A DNA stretch of 64,000 nucleotides, taken from a virus (taxonomy: Duplodnaviria > Caudoviricetes). The first letter of the stretch is position 1; every line of letters starts with the position of its first letter. Location: IMG/VR virus record IMGVR_UViG_3300025401_000012. One strand, given 5' to 3'. The notes below the pieces were generated by a model. It ran no database searches and was not told where the DNA came from. It saw nothing but the letters and a program-made list of their open reading frames with translations. The translations under genes were made by a program, and so were the position numbers. Below, piece after piece: positions 9,182 to 20,144 of this stretch.

Positions 9182-9800
9182 GAGTTTGTACTTGAGCATA
9201 TAAATCGTCTATACTAGAATCATTAGCAAACACATAATCAAATTTGGTGCCTACCCATGCGGTTTCACTAGCATGAATATTAAGTTTTGCCATACGACTT
9301 TTTGCCAAGGCGTAGTTCATACAGCGATCTCCGGCATTCATATCTGCAGCATCTTTATACCATTCGGGCTCAGGGCCGCGCTTTACACGAATAACAATTC
9401 CGCCAGCATCTTTAATTGATTTAATTTCATTCGGAAATCGACAATCTGAAATAACAATGTCATCCTTACTATTACGCAATTTATTTTCTAGACTTGCAAT
9501 CCATATATCGTCGTGAAATGCTTTACGACAAACTTCAGTTCCCCAGTATTGTAGTACCCAGCGTGGAGTAAGTTCGGGCATGTCTAATCGATGTGCCCAC
9601 CAATGATCTACTTGTTCACGCCACTCTCGGGCTTGTTTTGTACGGCCTTCTAGCATGGTTCTGTCCCAACCAAATACCATACTGACAGCATCTTTAAGGC
9701 TGTTAGCAAACGACTCTCGTCTAAAACCGTGGAAATTAGTAAGATAATCGGCAATAGTATCTTTGCCAGAACCAATAAAACCGCACACACCTATAATCAT
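9111..9800 (-). CDS. gp1: Deoxynucleoside monophosphate kinase
   Basis: MIIGVCGFIGSGKDT P-loop, SFANSLKDAVS, TPRWVLQYWGTEVCR, VISDCRFPNE, HASE. Confidence 0.92.
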   Translation of the reverse strand: MIIGVCGFIGSGKDTIADYLTNFHGFRRESFANSLKDAVSMVFGWDRTMLEGRTKQAREWREQVDHWWAHRLDMPELTPRWVLQYWGTEVCRKAFHDDIWIASLENKLRNSKDDIVISDCRFPNEIKSIKDAGGIVIRVKRGPEPEWYKDAADMNAGDRCMNYALAKSRMAKLNIHASETAWVGTKFDYVFANDSSIDDLYAQVQTLISPEQDLPDATEHSLYVGLERS

Positions 9801-9821
9801 AGAGCCCCCTAAGTTAGCTCT

Positions 9822-9850
9822 AGTATATAACAGTTTTATTACAAGGTCAA
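9822..9850 (-). promoter_or_regulatory. Sigma70-like promoter for the dNMP kinase gene
   Basis: Minus strand TTGACC-N17-TATACT (-35 at 9845-9850, -10 at 9822-9827), 21 nt upstream of the ATG. Confidence 0.7.
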
Positions 9851-9858
9851 GATTTTTC

Positions 9859-10650
9859 TTAACCAGTTATAAAGTAATAGGCGTTACTACCATTAACTTC
9901 GTTAGTGATAAGCTCTTTTTCCAAACTTTCAATCATTTCTTTCGATTCGGCTATCAAAGCTGTACCATTTAATGTGATCGGAGACCCTGGACCAGCAATA
10001 GAACCAAATTTACTACGGGCCTGACCTAACATTTGTTTGCAAGTTCCAAGTGTATAGTCTCTTAACCATTGTTTAGCATATGGATCTTGTAATAAAACCC
10101 AATCTGGACGATAATTATAACTTTGTATTAAAATTTGCTCGCCTTGCGCAAACGGACGTTGTAAAATATCTAAAATATGGCTAGTAGGTTTCCATAAAAA
10201 TTCAATGTAACTACCAAACATACGTCCGACTAATTTTTGATAGCCAGCAAATGCATCATAAGTTGCCAAACCGCCCATCATACTACCTGACATCAGATAT
10301 GTGTTAGTGTAAGCTAAGTTGAACGGCTCAAATAAAGTGCCGCCTGCGCCAATACCACTTCTTGAGCCAATAGCTCTACGAAATACTTGACGAACTGTAA
10401 TAACTTCATCTGGCAATCTGTATTCGTTTTGATCCTGTATTAGTTCTAAGAATAAGTAGCTTTCTTCCACAGCATTTGGGCTACGCTGACGATATTTTGT
10501 AAGTGCTTTATCTAGTGCCGTTTCGTAGTGTATCGGATCTAGCTCTACTTCAACCATGCCATCACCTAGCATAGTTTTTACATAAGAAAAAACTGCATTT
10601 CTTTCGTCAGTTGATGTACTTTGAGTGCTTGTTGGTAAGGTATCAGCCAT
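9859..10650 (-). CDS. gp13: Neck (head-tail adaptor) protein
   Basis: YVKTMLG...VEVELD...IDxAL-like start; W.RDYTLG..KQMLGQARSKF..I.GP...ITLNG C-terminal motif. Confidence 0.85.
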   Translation of the reverse strand: MADTLPTSTQSTSTDERNAVFSYVKTMLGDGMVEVELDPIHYETALDKALTKYRQRSPNAVEESYLFLELIQDQNEYRLPDEVITVRQVFRRAIGSRSGIGAGGTLFEPFNLAYTNTYLMSGSMMGGLATYDAFAGYQKLVGRMFGSYIEFLWKPTSHILDILQRPFAQGEQILIQSYNYRPDWVLLQDPYAKQWLRDYTLGTCKQMLGQARSKFGSIAGPGSPITLNGTALIAESKEMIESLEKELITNEVNGSNAYYFITG

Positions 10651-10669
10651 AATGTTTACTCTCTTAGTA

Positions 10670-10689
10670 TATTTAGCTAACGATAAATA
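10670..10689. promoter_or_regulatory. Back-to-back late-promoter-like motifs for gp13 (minus) and gp14 (plus)
   Basis: CTAAATA on minus at 10670-10676; GATAAATA on plus at 10682-10689. Confidence 0.6.
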
Positions 10690-10696
10690 TGTTACT

Positions 10697-12154
10697 ATGC
10701 CACGTTTATCACTTTACAAACCAGAAAAAGGTGCCGACTATAAATTTATAGATCGCAATGCTAGCGAGATGTTTCAAGCTGGCGGTACTGATGTTTATTT
10801 GCACAAATATTTAGGTACTAATAATACTGCTGAAAATGCCACTGCAGACAAACCAGTATACGCCAACACTAGTGTCACAAACATACAGGATTTACTATTC
10901 TTAGAAAATCGAGATAGCACATATGATAAAGAAATATACAGAATCCGAGGAATGTATAATGTACAAAATATTGACTTTAATTTAAGTCAATTTGGCTTGT
11001 TCATCGACAACGATACACTTTACATGACTGTGCATATTAACGATTTTATCAAATATATAGGTCGTAAACCGATCAGTGGTGATGTAATAGAGTTGCCGCA
11101 CTTGCGTGACGATTTTGCTCTTAATGATTTTGACGTAAGTTTGCCACGCTACTATGTTATTGAAGATGTAGGGCGTGCTAGTGAAGGATTTAGTGTCACA
11201 TGGTATCCACATTTATATCGATTAAAAATTAAAAAGATTGTTGACAGTCAGAAATATGCAAGTATCTTCAATGAACCAGCAAAGGATGCTAACGGTGACC
11301 CTACTAACCTGACACTAAGAGATTTATTGAGTACATATAACAAAGAGTTGTCTATTAATGATCAAGTAATTGCACAAGCGGAAGCAGATGCTCCTAAGAG
11401 CGGTTATGAAACTCGTCAATACTATACACTTGCTGTTGACCCAACGAATGGAAAACCTGTATTACAAACATCTTCAAGTTCAGAATTGCTGGCTAGTAAC
11501 AATAGTTTAAACACTGGAGCTGGTGTACAGGATGGTGTGCCAAAACGTAGTGGGTATGCTGGTTACTTGTTAGGTGACGGTTTTCCAGTTAACGGTTACG
11601 AATTTGGATTTGGAATACAATTTCCGGCAAATCCTGCTCCTGATGATTTTTTCCTTAGATCAGACATGATGCCTAACAGGTTGTATAGATTTGACGGGAA
11701 GCAAAGTGCATGGATTGCTGTAGAAGATGCTGTAAGAATGACTATGACTCAAACTGATACGAGAGCAACACAGAAAACTGGATTTATTAATAATGATTAT
11801 TATACGTATAATGATGCTGTAATTTCTGATTACGCAAATTTAGATGTAGGCACCACTTCTATTAATACATTGATACCTTTTAATACTAGCGCTGTTTACT
11901 TGGTGTTGAAATATCAAACCGATGTACAAGCATTAGAATATGTAATTTCAGATTATCCAAACTTATTTACAGTGTACCAATATACCAGTCCTACCGGAGT
12001 TCAAACTAATAATGTGCAAATTAATTTACCTGTAATTAACAATGTGCAACAAACCATTCCATATGCTGGGCAATGGACTATTACACTATATAATGCTAGA
12101 GAAACACAAAAACAAAGTCTTAGTAAGGCACTTAAACCAAGGGCAGATTTATAA
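10697..12154 (+). CDS. gp14: Neck protein with C-terminal extension; start moved from 10625 to ATG 10697
   Basis: IQDLLFLENRDSTY, FNLSQFGLFI.ND.LYMTVH, GRKP..GDVIELPH, YYVIEDV..ASEG. The 10625 start would overlap gp13 and precede the promoter motif. Confidence 0.75.
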   Translation: MPRLSLYKPEKGADYKFIDRNASEMFQAGGTDVYLHKYLGTNNTAENATADKPVYANTSVTNIQDLLFLENRDSTYDKEIYRIRGMYNVQNIDFNLSQFGLFIDNDTLYMTVHINDFIKYIGRKPISGDVIELPHLRDDFALNDFDVSLPRYYVIEDVGRASEGFSVTWYPHLYRLKIKKIVDSQKYASIFNEPAKDANGDPTNLTLRDLLSTYNKELSINDQVIAQAEADAPKSGYETRQYYTLAVDPTNGKPVLQTSSSSELLASNNSLNTGAGVQDGVPKRSGYAGYLLGDGFPVNGYEFGFGIQFPANPAPDDFFLRSDMMPNRLYRFDGKQSAWIAVEDAVRMTMTQTDTRATQKTGFINNDYYTYNDAVISDYANLDVGTTSINTLIPFNTSAVYLVLKYQTDVQALEYVISDYPNLFTVYQYTSPTGVQTNNVQINLPVINNVQQTIPYAGQWTITLYNARETQKQSLSKALKPRADL

Positions 12155-13599
12155 TGGAATTTTTCTACGACGGACAAATTAGACGATATATTACACAGGT
12201 AATTCGTGTGTTTAGCAATTTTGTAGTACAATATGGCGATGGTACCTTGGTTCGTATTCCAGTTATGTATGGAGATGCTGATCGTCAAGTAGCTAGTATT
12301 ATTAGAAATAATAGCGAAAACAAAGTCAGCAACGTTCCACGAATAGCTGTATATGTTACCCAGTTGGCGTTAGATAGAGACAGACTTGCTGATGCAACAT
12401 TTGTAAGCAAAGTTAATATTCGTGAAAGAGATGTAGCCGGTGGAGCTTACACACAAAGTCAGGGTAGAAACTATACGGTTGAAAGACTGATGCCTACACC
12501 TTTTAAACTAACCATGAAAGTTGATATTTGGTCAAGCAGTACAGAACAAAAGTTACAAATACTTGAACAAATTTTAGTGTTGTTTAATCCTAGTTTAGAA
12601 TTGCAAACTAATGACAATTATTTAGATTGGACTAGTCTTAGTGTGTTGAATCTTAATGACATTAATTGGTCAAGTAAAACTGTACCAGTCGGCAATGATA
12701 CACCAATTGAAATTGGAACTTTGACTGTAGATACACCTATTTGGATAAGTCCTCCAGTTAAAGTTAAACGTCTTGGCGTTATTACAAAAATTGTTACTAG
12801 TATGTACAATAGTTCTGCTACTAGCAATAGCACATATATCGAAGGATTAGGTGCAGATCCTATAAGTCCAACTACTTCTTTCAGTGATTTTTTAGATTTA
12901 TCAATTACTACTATAAACAATTATAAGATAGAAGTATATGGATCACAAGTAATTGCTTTACATCCAGCAGAAAGTTTATATCCAAATGAACCTACAATAG
13001 ATGCAACACCAGTACGTCAAGGTGCACCAATTAACTGGTTAGAAATATTTGCATCGGCTGGAGGAAAATATATTGCTGGAAGCAGTACAATTTATCTACA
13101 ACAACCTAACGGTTCATTTGTAGTAGGAACATTTGCAATTAATAGTTTAGATAACACTAAGTTACAAGTTAATTGGAATCCAGATACATTGACTACTAAT
13201 ACTGGTATTGATAGTCAAGGAAATCAAGAAGGCAGCGAACATTATAATGCATCAACTAGTCACAGACCCAATAGCCCTGGAACATTTGATGCTATCATAA
13301 ATCCGCAATCGTATACTCCTGCAAATTTATCTGTAGGCACACGTTATTTAATTATAGAAGATATTGGATCTGCTGGAAATACCACAGCAGTATGGGGAGC
13401 GTTAGTAGCGGTTGCTAATGACATTATAGAATGGGACGGTTCTCGATGGAATGTAATTTTTAATGCTAGCCAAGAAACTACTAGTATGATATGGCAAACT
13501 AATATATACACAGGAGTTCAGTACTTATGGAACGGAGTTTCTTGGGTCAAGAGCTACGAAGGTGAATATACGGCTAGCCAATGGAAAATAGTACTATAA
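12154..13599 (+). CDS. gp15: Tail terminator / sheath stabiliser with C-terminal extension
   Basis: MEFFYDGQIRRY..Q...VFSNF.V, RIPVMYG, VPRIAVYVT.L..D..R, QKLQILEQILVLFNPS match gp15. Confidence 0.85.
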   Translation: MEFFYDGQIRRYITQVIRVFSNFVVQYGDGTLVRIPVMYGDADRQVASIIRNNSENKVSNVPRIAVYVTQLALDRDRLADATFVSKVNIRERDVAGGAYTQSQGRNYTVERLMPTPFKLTMKVDIWSSSTEQKLQILEQILVLFNPSLELQTNDNYLDWTSLSVLNLNDINWSSKTVPVGNDTPIEIGTLTVDTPIWISPPVKVKRLGVITKIVTSMYNSSATSNSTYIEGLGADPISPTTSFSDFLDLSITTINNYKIEVYGSQVIALHPAESLYPNEPTIDATPVRQGAPINWLEIFASAGGKYIAGSSTIYLQQPNGSFVVGTFAINSLDNTKLQVNWNPDTLTTNTGIDSQGNQEGSEHYNASTSHRPNSPGTFDAIINPQSYTPANLSVGTRYLIIEDIGSAGNTTAVWGALVAVANDIIEWDGSRWNVIFNASQETTSMIWQTNIYTGVQYLWNGVSWVKSYEGEYTASQWKIVL

Positions 13600-14030
13600 A
13601 AGAACAAATTGTATGTAGTGGTGCATTATTTTATGCCAAGACTACTGGCAGATTTTTGCTACTACAAAAAGCTCACGGTAAACACGAAGGTACTTGGGGG
13701 TTAGTAGGCGGTACTACTATTGACGGAGAAACTCCATGGGAGGGTCTTCAAAGAGAAATAGTAGAAGAAATTGGAATCATTCCTGACATAATCAAAACTA
13801 TTCCATTAGAAACATTTGTTAGTAACGATCAGGTGTTTAATTTTCATACTTATTTGTGTGTAGTAGAAAAAGAATTTGTACCTATACTAAGCAACGAACA
13901 TCAAGGGTGGTCGTGGGCAACTATAGATCGCGCACCTAAACCGTTACATCAAGGTCTGCGCAATAGTTTTAGTAGTAAAATTATTAGAACTAAATTACAA
14001 ACAATATTTGATCTAGTTGAATTGATATAA
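13581..14030 (+). CDS. Nudix hydrolase
   Basis: Complete Nudix box G-TTIDG-E-TPWEGLQ-RE-IV-EE-IG. Confidence 0.9.
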   Translation: MENSTIKEQIVCSGALFYAKTTGRFLLLQKAHGKHEGTWGLVGGTTIDGETPWEGLQREIVEEIGIIPDIIKTIPLETFVSNDQVFNFHTYLCVVEKEFVPILSNEHQGWSWATIDRAPKPLHQGLRNSFSSKIIRTKLQTIFDLVELI

Positions 14031-14031
14031 T

Positions 14032-14058
14032 AAAAAAGCCGCATATAGCGGCTTTTTT
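14032..14058. terminator. Bidirectional intrinsic terminator between convergent genes
   Basis: AAAAAAGCCGC-ATATA-GCGGCTTTTTT. Confidence 0.85.
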
Positions 14059-14062
14059 GTTT

Positions 14063-17000
14063 TTACGCTTGCGCTTCACCCCAACGTAGAATTAAGTTCT
14101 GGTTAAGCGGAGAACCTTGTGTAATATATGCATTAATAAACAATGCATCACAACCATTTGGATATGTGCCACGACCACCAATTGGAGTATTAGTCAATTC
14201 TTTAAAAGGAGTTAAATCTAACGAATCCTTGTTAGCTGGAGAATTAACATATGAGAATACAGTTTCGCCTGGTAATGCATATGTACCTCGACTAAACTGA
14301 ATAATTGCACCGCTTGTTTGCGCAACTAATATTGTTTGATTAACAGTAATTGTTGAAGAACTAATTGACAAAACTTTAGTTAATCCTTGCAATGCTGCGG
14401 TACTATTTGGAAAGAATACGTCATCACCAACTTGAACACCTGCAACGCTAGCAACTGTAAATTGTGTTGCGCCAACACCTGGACTACTTGTAATAGTTGT
14501 TGAGTTTGTTACACTGTTATTGAATACCATGCTTGCACCTGGAGCAACTTGACTGAAACTTGGTTGTCCCGTTGGATTAACCGCACTACTTAAACTATTC
14601 CATTGTATATTAGTCAAAGCAGGATAGTTGCTAGGATTTAATACACCTTCAATAACAATGGCAGTATTAGCATTAGTTGTGTTACCCGCACATGATTCAA
14701 GTGTTTGTAACAAGAACGACGCACGATTAATAAGTTCACGTGCTCCTAGATCGCCTGGCAACGCATTACTTACACTAGGACTTAAACGTACAGCAAACGC
14801 TGTGGTCTTTTTAGTCGAAATGTTAACGTTGGGCTGACTATAGTTGAAAATATATGAACGGTCTGAATCAAATCCGCCGTCTTCAATAAATGCACTACCC
14901 CAGTGGCTAACAATTGGACTTGCACTTGGCAATATCAACACTACTCCAGTATTTGGAGTATGTGTTGCAACTGGTCCACCTAAAAATTGTCGATATCCAC
15001 CAGTTACCCAAGGCACAATTGGTTGTGTTCTTGCACAGCCAGTTAATGCATTGATGTTCATGTAATAACTAGTATTAGGCGGAGTAAAAATAGCCTGTAC
15101 CATTACAGTACCACTGCCGCCTGCTGTTGTTGGGTACGAAGTACTGAGTTGTAAAATATTTCCAGTAATGCTAAAAATATAATATGTTGTATTATTTGCA
15201 AGATTACCAAATGTGTACGCATTAGGATTTGTAAACACAATTGGCATACCAACATACATATTAGCTGTGCTAGTTACAGTAATTCCGTTGACTGTCGATA
15301 ATGTAGCTAGTGTATTTACTTTACCAGTATATGTAATTATTTCGTTATCAATGTAAACTGTAGCAGTATTTCCAGTAACTGGTGTTGGGAATGAACTAGC
15401 ATCGTTAATTGGAATAGTTGTATCGCTAACTGATACGTTTACTGTACCTACAATATAGCTTCTAGCACTAGAATTTTGAACTTCATAGCGTACTGGCATG
15501 TTACCAGTACGCATCCAACCTTCATTATTCAAGTTGTTATTACGCAATCTGTGTACAAAAGTATAGTTACCTTTTGGATCTCGCATCATCCAGTCAATAG
15601 AGCCAGCACCATACCATGTCCATTGCATACCAACCATCTGCATCTTGTATGGAATGCACTGGTATCCGCTGGCATTGTAAGGACCATTTGATCCATCAAA
15701 TCTATCTAAATTCCATTGACTTTGCGGAATGATACGATCAATAGTTTTAGTAATCTTAATGCCGCTTACGTTTGCATATCCACGATACTGAGGATTAACA
15801 TACATTAGTGTGTCGCTAACTACTTGTGTTACTACATGGCTCATGCCTCGAATAACAACGCGATCACCTACCCATAATTGGCTTGTAAAACGTGTGTTTA
15901 AACCAATGATTTGACCTGACCCGATAACAACTGATATAGTACCAGCTAGTTGGAATGTACTTGCACGTTTTACTACACTAATAGTTTGACCGTCGTATTG
16001 GAAAAATACGCCATTTTGTTCATCAAATGTACCACTGCGTACTACAGCACCGTACCAGCTTGTAATACTCACTAACGTTGGATCTGATATAGTTGCAGCT
16101 AAAGTAGCTAGACCTGAGTTTAAAACTCCATTGGCAACAACTTGTAGTGTACGTTCATCAAGAATACCTGCTACAACATAATTTCCGTTATATCCGTTAG
16201 TTGTAATTCCAGATAAATTAAGTCCAGCACCAATTTGGCATCCATGGTCCACGTCATCTGTTACAATAGTTATAACAGCAGCTGCCGTTACCACTGATCC
16301 ACTCACTGTTCCTGTACTTCCCAATGAGATTGGCACATTAGCCACTTGATTTGCTAAACTTGATGACAATGTAATAGTGGTTGAATTAGTTACTGTCATC
16401 ACAAAGTATGTGCCTGCAGTAAATCCTGTAGAAGTAACTAATGTACCCGAAACAATAATCGCCTGTCCTACTACATATGTACCACTAGTAATTGTGGCAA
16501 CGCCTGCTGTGGTAATATTAGTAATGGCCAAACCTGTAACATAAGTTGTATTAGTTGATGTTACTTGTCTGACAAAGTAGTTAGGAGCCATTAAAAAACC
16601 AGTGTTAAAGTTAATAGCTTTACCTGACTGATAACGCATATACTTTTTACTCATACGTATAGCTTGTGCATCGTATGTTGGTAATCCTGTTCCTAATTGT
16701 ACACCGCCATCAAATGGTCTATGTGTATAAAAACTATCTGGTCTTGGATACAATGTAGCAATAACACTTCCGCTTATTAATCCAACACCACGTGCTGTGT
16801 AGGTAAATGTGCTAGGTGTAAGTACTTGTTCTACAAAAAATGGTCCGGTTAATAATATGTTATTATTAAATCCGTTATCCGATGTGCATAATACATTAAT
16901 AGTATGTCCTGGTACAAGTCCGTGTGGGCTATATGTATTAACTGTAATAGTAGCTTGAGTAGATACTCCTGTAATAGTCGCACCACTAGCAGTACCTGTA

Positions 17001-18775
17001 CTAGTACTGATAGTATAGCCGCCAGTACCGCCAGTACCGCCACTAAATGCTGTAATTACTGTACCACTAGGTACACCAGTACCGCTTAGTCCCATTCCAA
17101 CTGTTAATTGTCCTGATGTTACACCGCTAACAGACAAACTGTTACCTGAAATAGTTCCTGTTACTACAGCTGTCGTAGGTGGTGTACTGTAGGTAAATGT
17201 TGGAAGTCCTGCTGAAACACCCCATAAGTAGCCGCTAGCTCCTGTTACTGAAATATTAACACCAACTTGAGCACTCATGCTACCAGTTGCCGTCGATTGT
17301 ACAAATGGTGTTCCACCGGGCGTTGCACTAACAACACAACTGAAAGCATCTAAAATTTGACTTACATAATAAGTTGTAGCTGTTAAATTACCAAATGGTG
17401 TTCCGCTCAGCGTAATTGGTTCGCCAACTATTAAGTTGTATGTACCGTTTACTTGTTGCCCTTGGAAAGTATATGGAGATAACCTAATGCTGTTAGTTAA
17501 CGCATTAGTAGAAAGTACAGTAGTTGTATATGTGTTGTTAGTGCTGACTGTAATCTGTGTGCCAGACACAATGCTGGTGACATAATATGTAGTACCACTA
17601 GTAATGCCGCCGAAACTGGCGCCACCTGTTACATTCATATTACCGTTGACTGCTGTAGCAGATGGTACAAATACTGTTGCTAACCCGCTATCGATTGTAA
17701 GAACAACATTTCTTGTATCAACTACAGTCTTAATATAATACGTATTACCGCTAACAATTCCTCCAAAACCCGTGCCGCTAAAATATAAAGGCATACCTGA
17801 AATCATACCAACAGTAGTACCAAGTGTAATTGTTGATGTTTGTCCATTTACCGTAGTAGCAACAGCATTGGTAATGATTGAACTGAATGTTATAGCTGTT
17901 CCTACAACAAGTCCTGTGGTACTACTAACAACAACACTACCATTACCCACGTTAGTACCAGTAGCTGTTATTGATAATACAGCATTAATTGCTGCACCTG
18001 TGTAAAATCCGCCTTGACGTAGTTGAATAAATGCTGTAAAAATACTATCACCGTTATTAAATCCTACTTTACCTTTGGCAATATAGATAAATTGTGTAGC
18101 ATTTAATACGTTATAAACAAGAAAACTGCCTTCAGCTCGATCGTACCCAGTAATAGCACTGTTAAATCCACGAATAGTGATTGGTTGTCCTACTGTATAA
18201 TTATGCGCCGCACTTGTAGTAATTGTAATTTGACTTTCAGCTGTAGTTAGTCCGCCTGTTGATGAACTTGCATCTGTTGTTGCAGCTGTAACAGCCAAAT
18301 CAGTTCCTGGAATTTCATAAATTGCAGGATAACCTCGCATTTGACTAATAGTCAACCACTTTGTAGGTTGCATACCGTATTCAAAGTCAGCGTCAAGTAA
18401 CGATTGCGGAGCAGCAACACGAGTACGTTCAAACGCATCTGTACCCATTGGCCAAGGGCGAGTGGTTGTTTCTGCATTTTCTACAAAAATCTGGATAGCA
18501 TCTGTGGACAACATACCAGTTAATACTAGCGAAGTAGCCAGTGTTATCGTAGTCGTACCGTCAAAATTATCTAATACTGTTGGATAGTTGAGGTCGTTAT
18601 TTCTAGAAAAAGCAACAGTAGTTCCGGTATAAGTAACATCTGCAAAATTATAAAGAATCGTGTTTTTTGTGGTATTTGTAATGACCAACAATTGTTGCAA
18701 ATCCCATTTTCCAGGAACTTCAATGGTACCCAATGCTGGGTTAAAAACGTATTGTCTAAGTTGGGCTTTTGCCAT
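14063..18775 (-). CDS. Large virion structural/appendage protein (1570 aa) with repeated beta-modules and a split lectin-like core
   Basis: N-terminal YVFNP...[14 protein letters not shown] domain; TDAFERTRV...[10 protein letters not shown] motif; several ITxTTxxxHxxxxGQxI and VGMPIxF...GxxxxxTYYV modules; Thr/Ser/Gly-rich; CTAAATA at 18804-18810. Confidence 0.7.
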   Translation of the reverse strand: MAKAQLRQYVFNPALGTIEVPGKWDLQQLLVITNTTKNTILYNFADVTYTGTTVAFSRNNDLNYPTVLDNFDGTTTITLATSLVLTGMLSTDAIQIFVENAETTTRPWPMGTDAFERTRVAAPQSLLDADFEYGMQPTKWLTISQMRGYPAIYEIPGTDLAVTAATTDASSSTGGLTTAESQITITTSAAHNYTVGQPITIRGFNSAITGYDRAEGSFLVYNVLNATQFIYIAKGKVGFNNGDSIFTAFIQLRQGGFYTGAAINAVLSITATGTNVGNGSVVVSSTTGLVVGTAITFSSIITNAVATTVNGQTSTITLGTTVGMISGMPLYFSGTGFGGIVSGNTYYIKTVVDTRNVVLTIDSGLATVFVPSATAVNGNMNVTGGASFGGITSGTTYYVTSIVSGTQITVSTNNTYTTTVLSTNALTNSIRLSPYTFQGQQVNGTYNLIVGEPITLSGTPFGNLTATTYYVSQILDAFSCVVSATPGGTPFVQSTATGSMSAQVGVNISVTGASGYLWGVSAGLPTFTYSTPPTTAVVTGTISGNSLSVSGVTSGQLTVGMGLSGTGVPSGTVITAFSGGTGGTGGYTISTSTGTASGATITGVSTQATITVNTYSPHGLVPGHTINVLCTSDNGFNNNILLTGPFFVEQVLTPSTFTYTARGVGLISGSVIATLYPRPDSFYTHRPFDGGVQLGTGLPTYDAQAIRMSKKYMRYQSGKAINFNTGFLMAPNYFVRQVTSTNTTYVTGLAITNITTAGVATITSGTYVVGQAIIVSGTLVTSTGFTAGTYFVMTVTNSTTITLSSSLANQVANVPISLGSTGTVSGSVVTAAAVITIVTDDVDHGCQIGAGLNLSGITTNGYNGNYVVAGILDERTLQVVANGVLNSGLATLAATISDPTLVSITSWYGAVVRSGTFDEQNGVFFQYDGQTISVVKRASTFQLAGTISVVIGSGQIIGLNTRFTSQLWVGDRVVIRGMSHVVTQVVSDTLMYVNPQYRGYANVSGIKITKTIDRIIPQSQWNLDRFDGSNGPYNASGYQCIPYKMQMVGMQWTWYGAGSIDWMMRDPKGNYTFVHRLRNNNLNNEGWMRTGNMPVRYEVQNSSARSYIVGTVNVSVSDTTIPINDASSFPTPVTGNTATVYIDNEIITYTGKVNTLATLSTVNGITVTSTANMYVGMPIVFTNPNAYTFGNLANNTTYYIFSITGNILQLSTSYPTTAGGSGTVMVQAIFTPPNTSYYMNINALTGCARTQPIVPWVTGGYRQFLGGPVATHTPNTGVVLILPSASPIVSHWGSAFIEDGGFDSDRSYIFNYSQPNVNISTKKTTAFAVRLSPSVSNALPGDLGARELINRASFLLQTLESCAGNTTNANTAIVIEGVLNPSNYPALTNIQWNSLSSAVNPTGQPSFSQVAPGASMVFNNSVTNSTTITSSPGVGATQFTVASVAGVQVGDDVFFPNSTAALQGLTKVLSISSSTITVNQTILVAQTSGAIIQFSRGTYALPGETVFSYVNSPANKDSLDLTPFKELTNTPIGGRGTYPNGCDALFINAYITQGSPLNQNLILRWGEAQA

Positions 18776-18833
18776 TTAATAATTCTCCGAATCTTTCTAT
18801 GTGTATTTAGCTTAGGTTATCTGCCTACCTATT

Positions 18834-19604
18834 TTACTGTCCCATACTGAAAAAAGACATTGCAATTGCAATTTTTTCAGTATAACGTTTAGTTGAACCG
18901 TAACTTCTTTGAAAACCGTTCCAAGTTTCATCAGGTGCAGTATGCGTCACTTGAGTGAAAAAACTTGCAACAGGAGTTTTAGATCCTATAATCATATTAT
19001 CAATAGTTCCAACAGCTTGTGGATTTATAGTGACTATACCGGTATTTGGTGATATTACACCGTTTACAGTTACTGCTGTAGGACTGATAGTTATATTTTG
19101 TTGAGAAGTAACAGTTATGTTACCCACCATGTTGGTTTGGACACTGCTAGTACCTAGCGTTAATACACCTAATGGTGCAATAGTAGCTAATCCGCTAGGT
19201 GAAATACTTGCAGTGCTATTTGTACCAGATACCGTTAAATTGGAAAATGTTCCAGCTGCTGGTGTATTTAAACCAATGGTCATATTATCAATTGAACCTT
19301 GCAAGGCAGGTTTAATTGTTGATATCAGTGTACCGCCTGTTAAGTTCAAATTTCCAGTAACAGCTAATGTGCCGCCTACTGATAATCCAGTAAGAACTCC
19401 CGGGATTGAAGTAACAGACGATCCTAATGAAGTTTGAGTCAATAAAGGAACACCACTATAGCTAATATAAGATCCGGCTGTAAGTTCTATGCGACTGCCA
19501 GTAACTGTAACTGTTTGAGTTATTAGATTTCCAGCATTATCGACAATAAAATACGGACTTTCAAATCCATAACTAGATCTTAATTGTTTGACTACGTTAC
19601 CCAT
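18834..19604 (-). CDS. Short tail-fibre-like protein
   Basis: Two G.IDNM.IG..TP.A..F repeats; C-terminal TKRYTEKIAIAMS. Confidence 0.6.
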   Translation of the reverse strand: MGNVVKQLRSSYGFESPYFIVDNAGNLITQTVTVTGSRIELTAGSYISYSGVPLLTQTSLGSSVTSIPGVLTGLSVGGTLAVTGNLNLTGGTLISTIKPALQGSIDNMTIGLNTPAAGTFSNLTVSGTNSTASISPSGLATIAPLGVLTLGTSSVQTNMVGNITVTSQQNITISPTAVTVNGVISPNTGIVTINPQAVGTIDNMIIGSKTPVASFFTQVTHTAPDETWNGFQRSYGSTKRYTEKIAIAMSFFSMGQ

Positions 19605-19616
19605 ATATGTTCTCTA

Positions 19617-20144
19617 TTATGATAATGCTACACCATAGGCTGCACTTAATGCGGCAACATAGCCTTTTGTTACTACAGAACTACTGCTAGTAGGTTGAGT
19701 GGTAGTTAATGTAATAGCTGTAAAGTTTGCGGTTGACGGAGTGTTTACTCCAATGTTTACATTGTCAACTGTACCTGTAACCGCTGGATTAATAATCACT
19801 GTACCAGATCCCGATGGACTAATTGTAACGTTGCCGCCAGCAGGAGTTAAATTTACAGCACCTGTAGCAGTTAATGTTGTAAATGTGCCTGCAGCAGGAG
19901 TAGTCGCACCAATAATGATATTGTCTAAATTTCCAGTTGTTGTCGGAGCCAGTGTTAACGTTCCAGATACGGTAAAATTTGTGACAGAAAAATTAGTACT
20001 ATTAAGATTAAATGTTAAAGTATTTGTAAGTGGATTAGTAGTAACTACTAATGCTCCTGTCCCCGTTACATTTAGTGTGTTATTCGTAGGAGTTAAACTT
20101 ATAGGGTTTTGTCCCGGTACTGCTATATATGTATATCCATTCAT
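19617..20144 (-). CDS. Short tail-fibre-like protein
   Basis: Two G..DN..IG..TP....F repeats; C-terminal VVTKGYVAALSAAYGVALS. Confidence 0.6.
   Translation of the reverse strand: MNGYTYIAVPGQNPISLTPTNNTLNVTGTGALVVTTNPLTNTLTFNLNSTNFSVTNFTVSGTLTLAPTTTGNLDNIIIGATTPAAGTFTTLTATGAVNLTPAGGNVTISPSGSGTVIINPAVTGTVDNVNIGVNTPSTANFTAITLTTTQPTSSSSVVTKGYVAALSAAYGVALS

Noticed and set aside
10625-10696. Track start of gp14 at 10625
   Set aside because: Overlaps the gp13 start on the opposite strand and lies upstream of the GATAAATA motif; ATG 10697 fits better.
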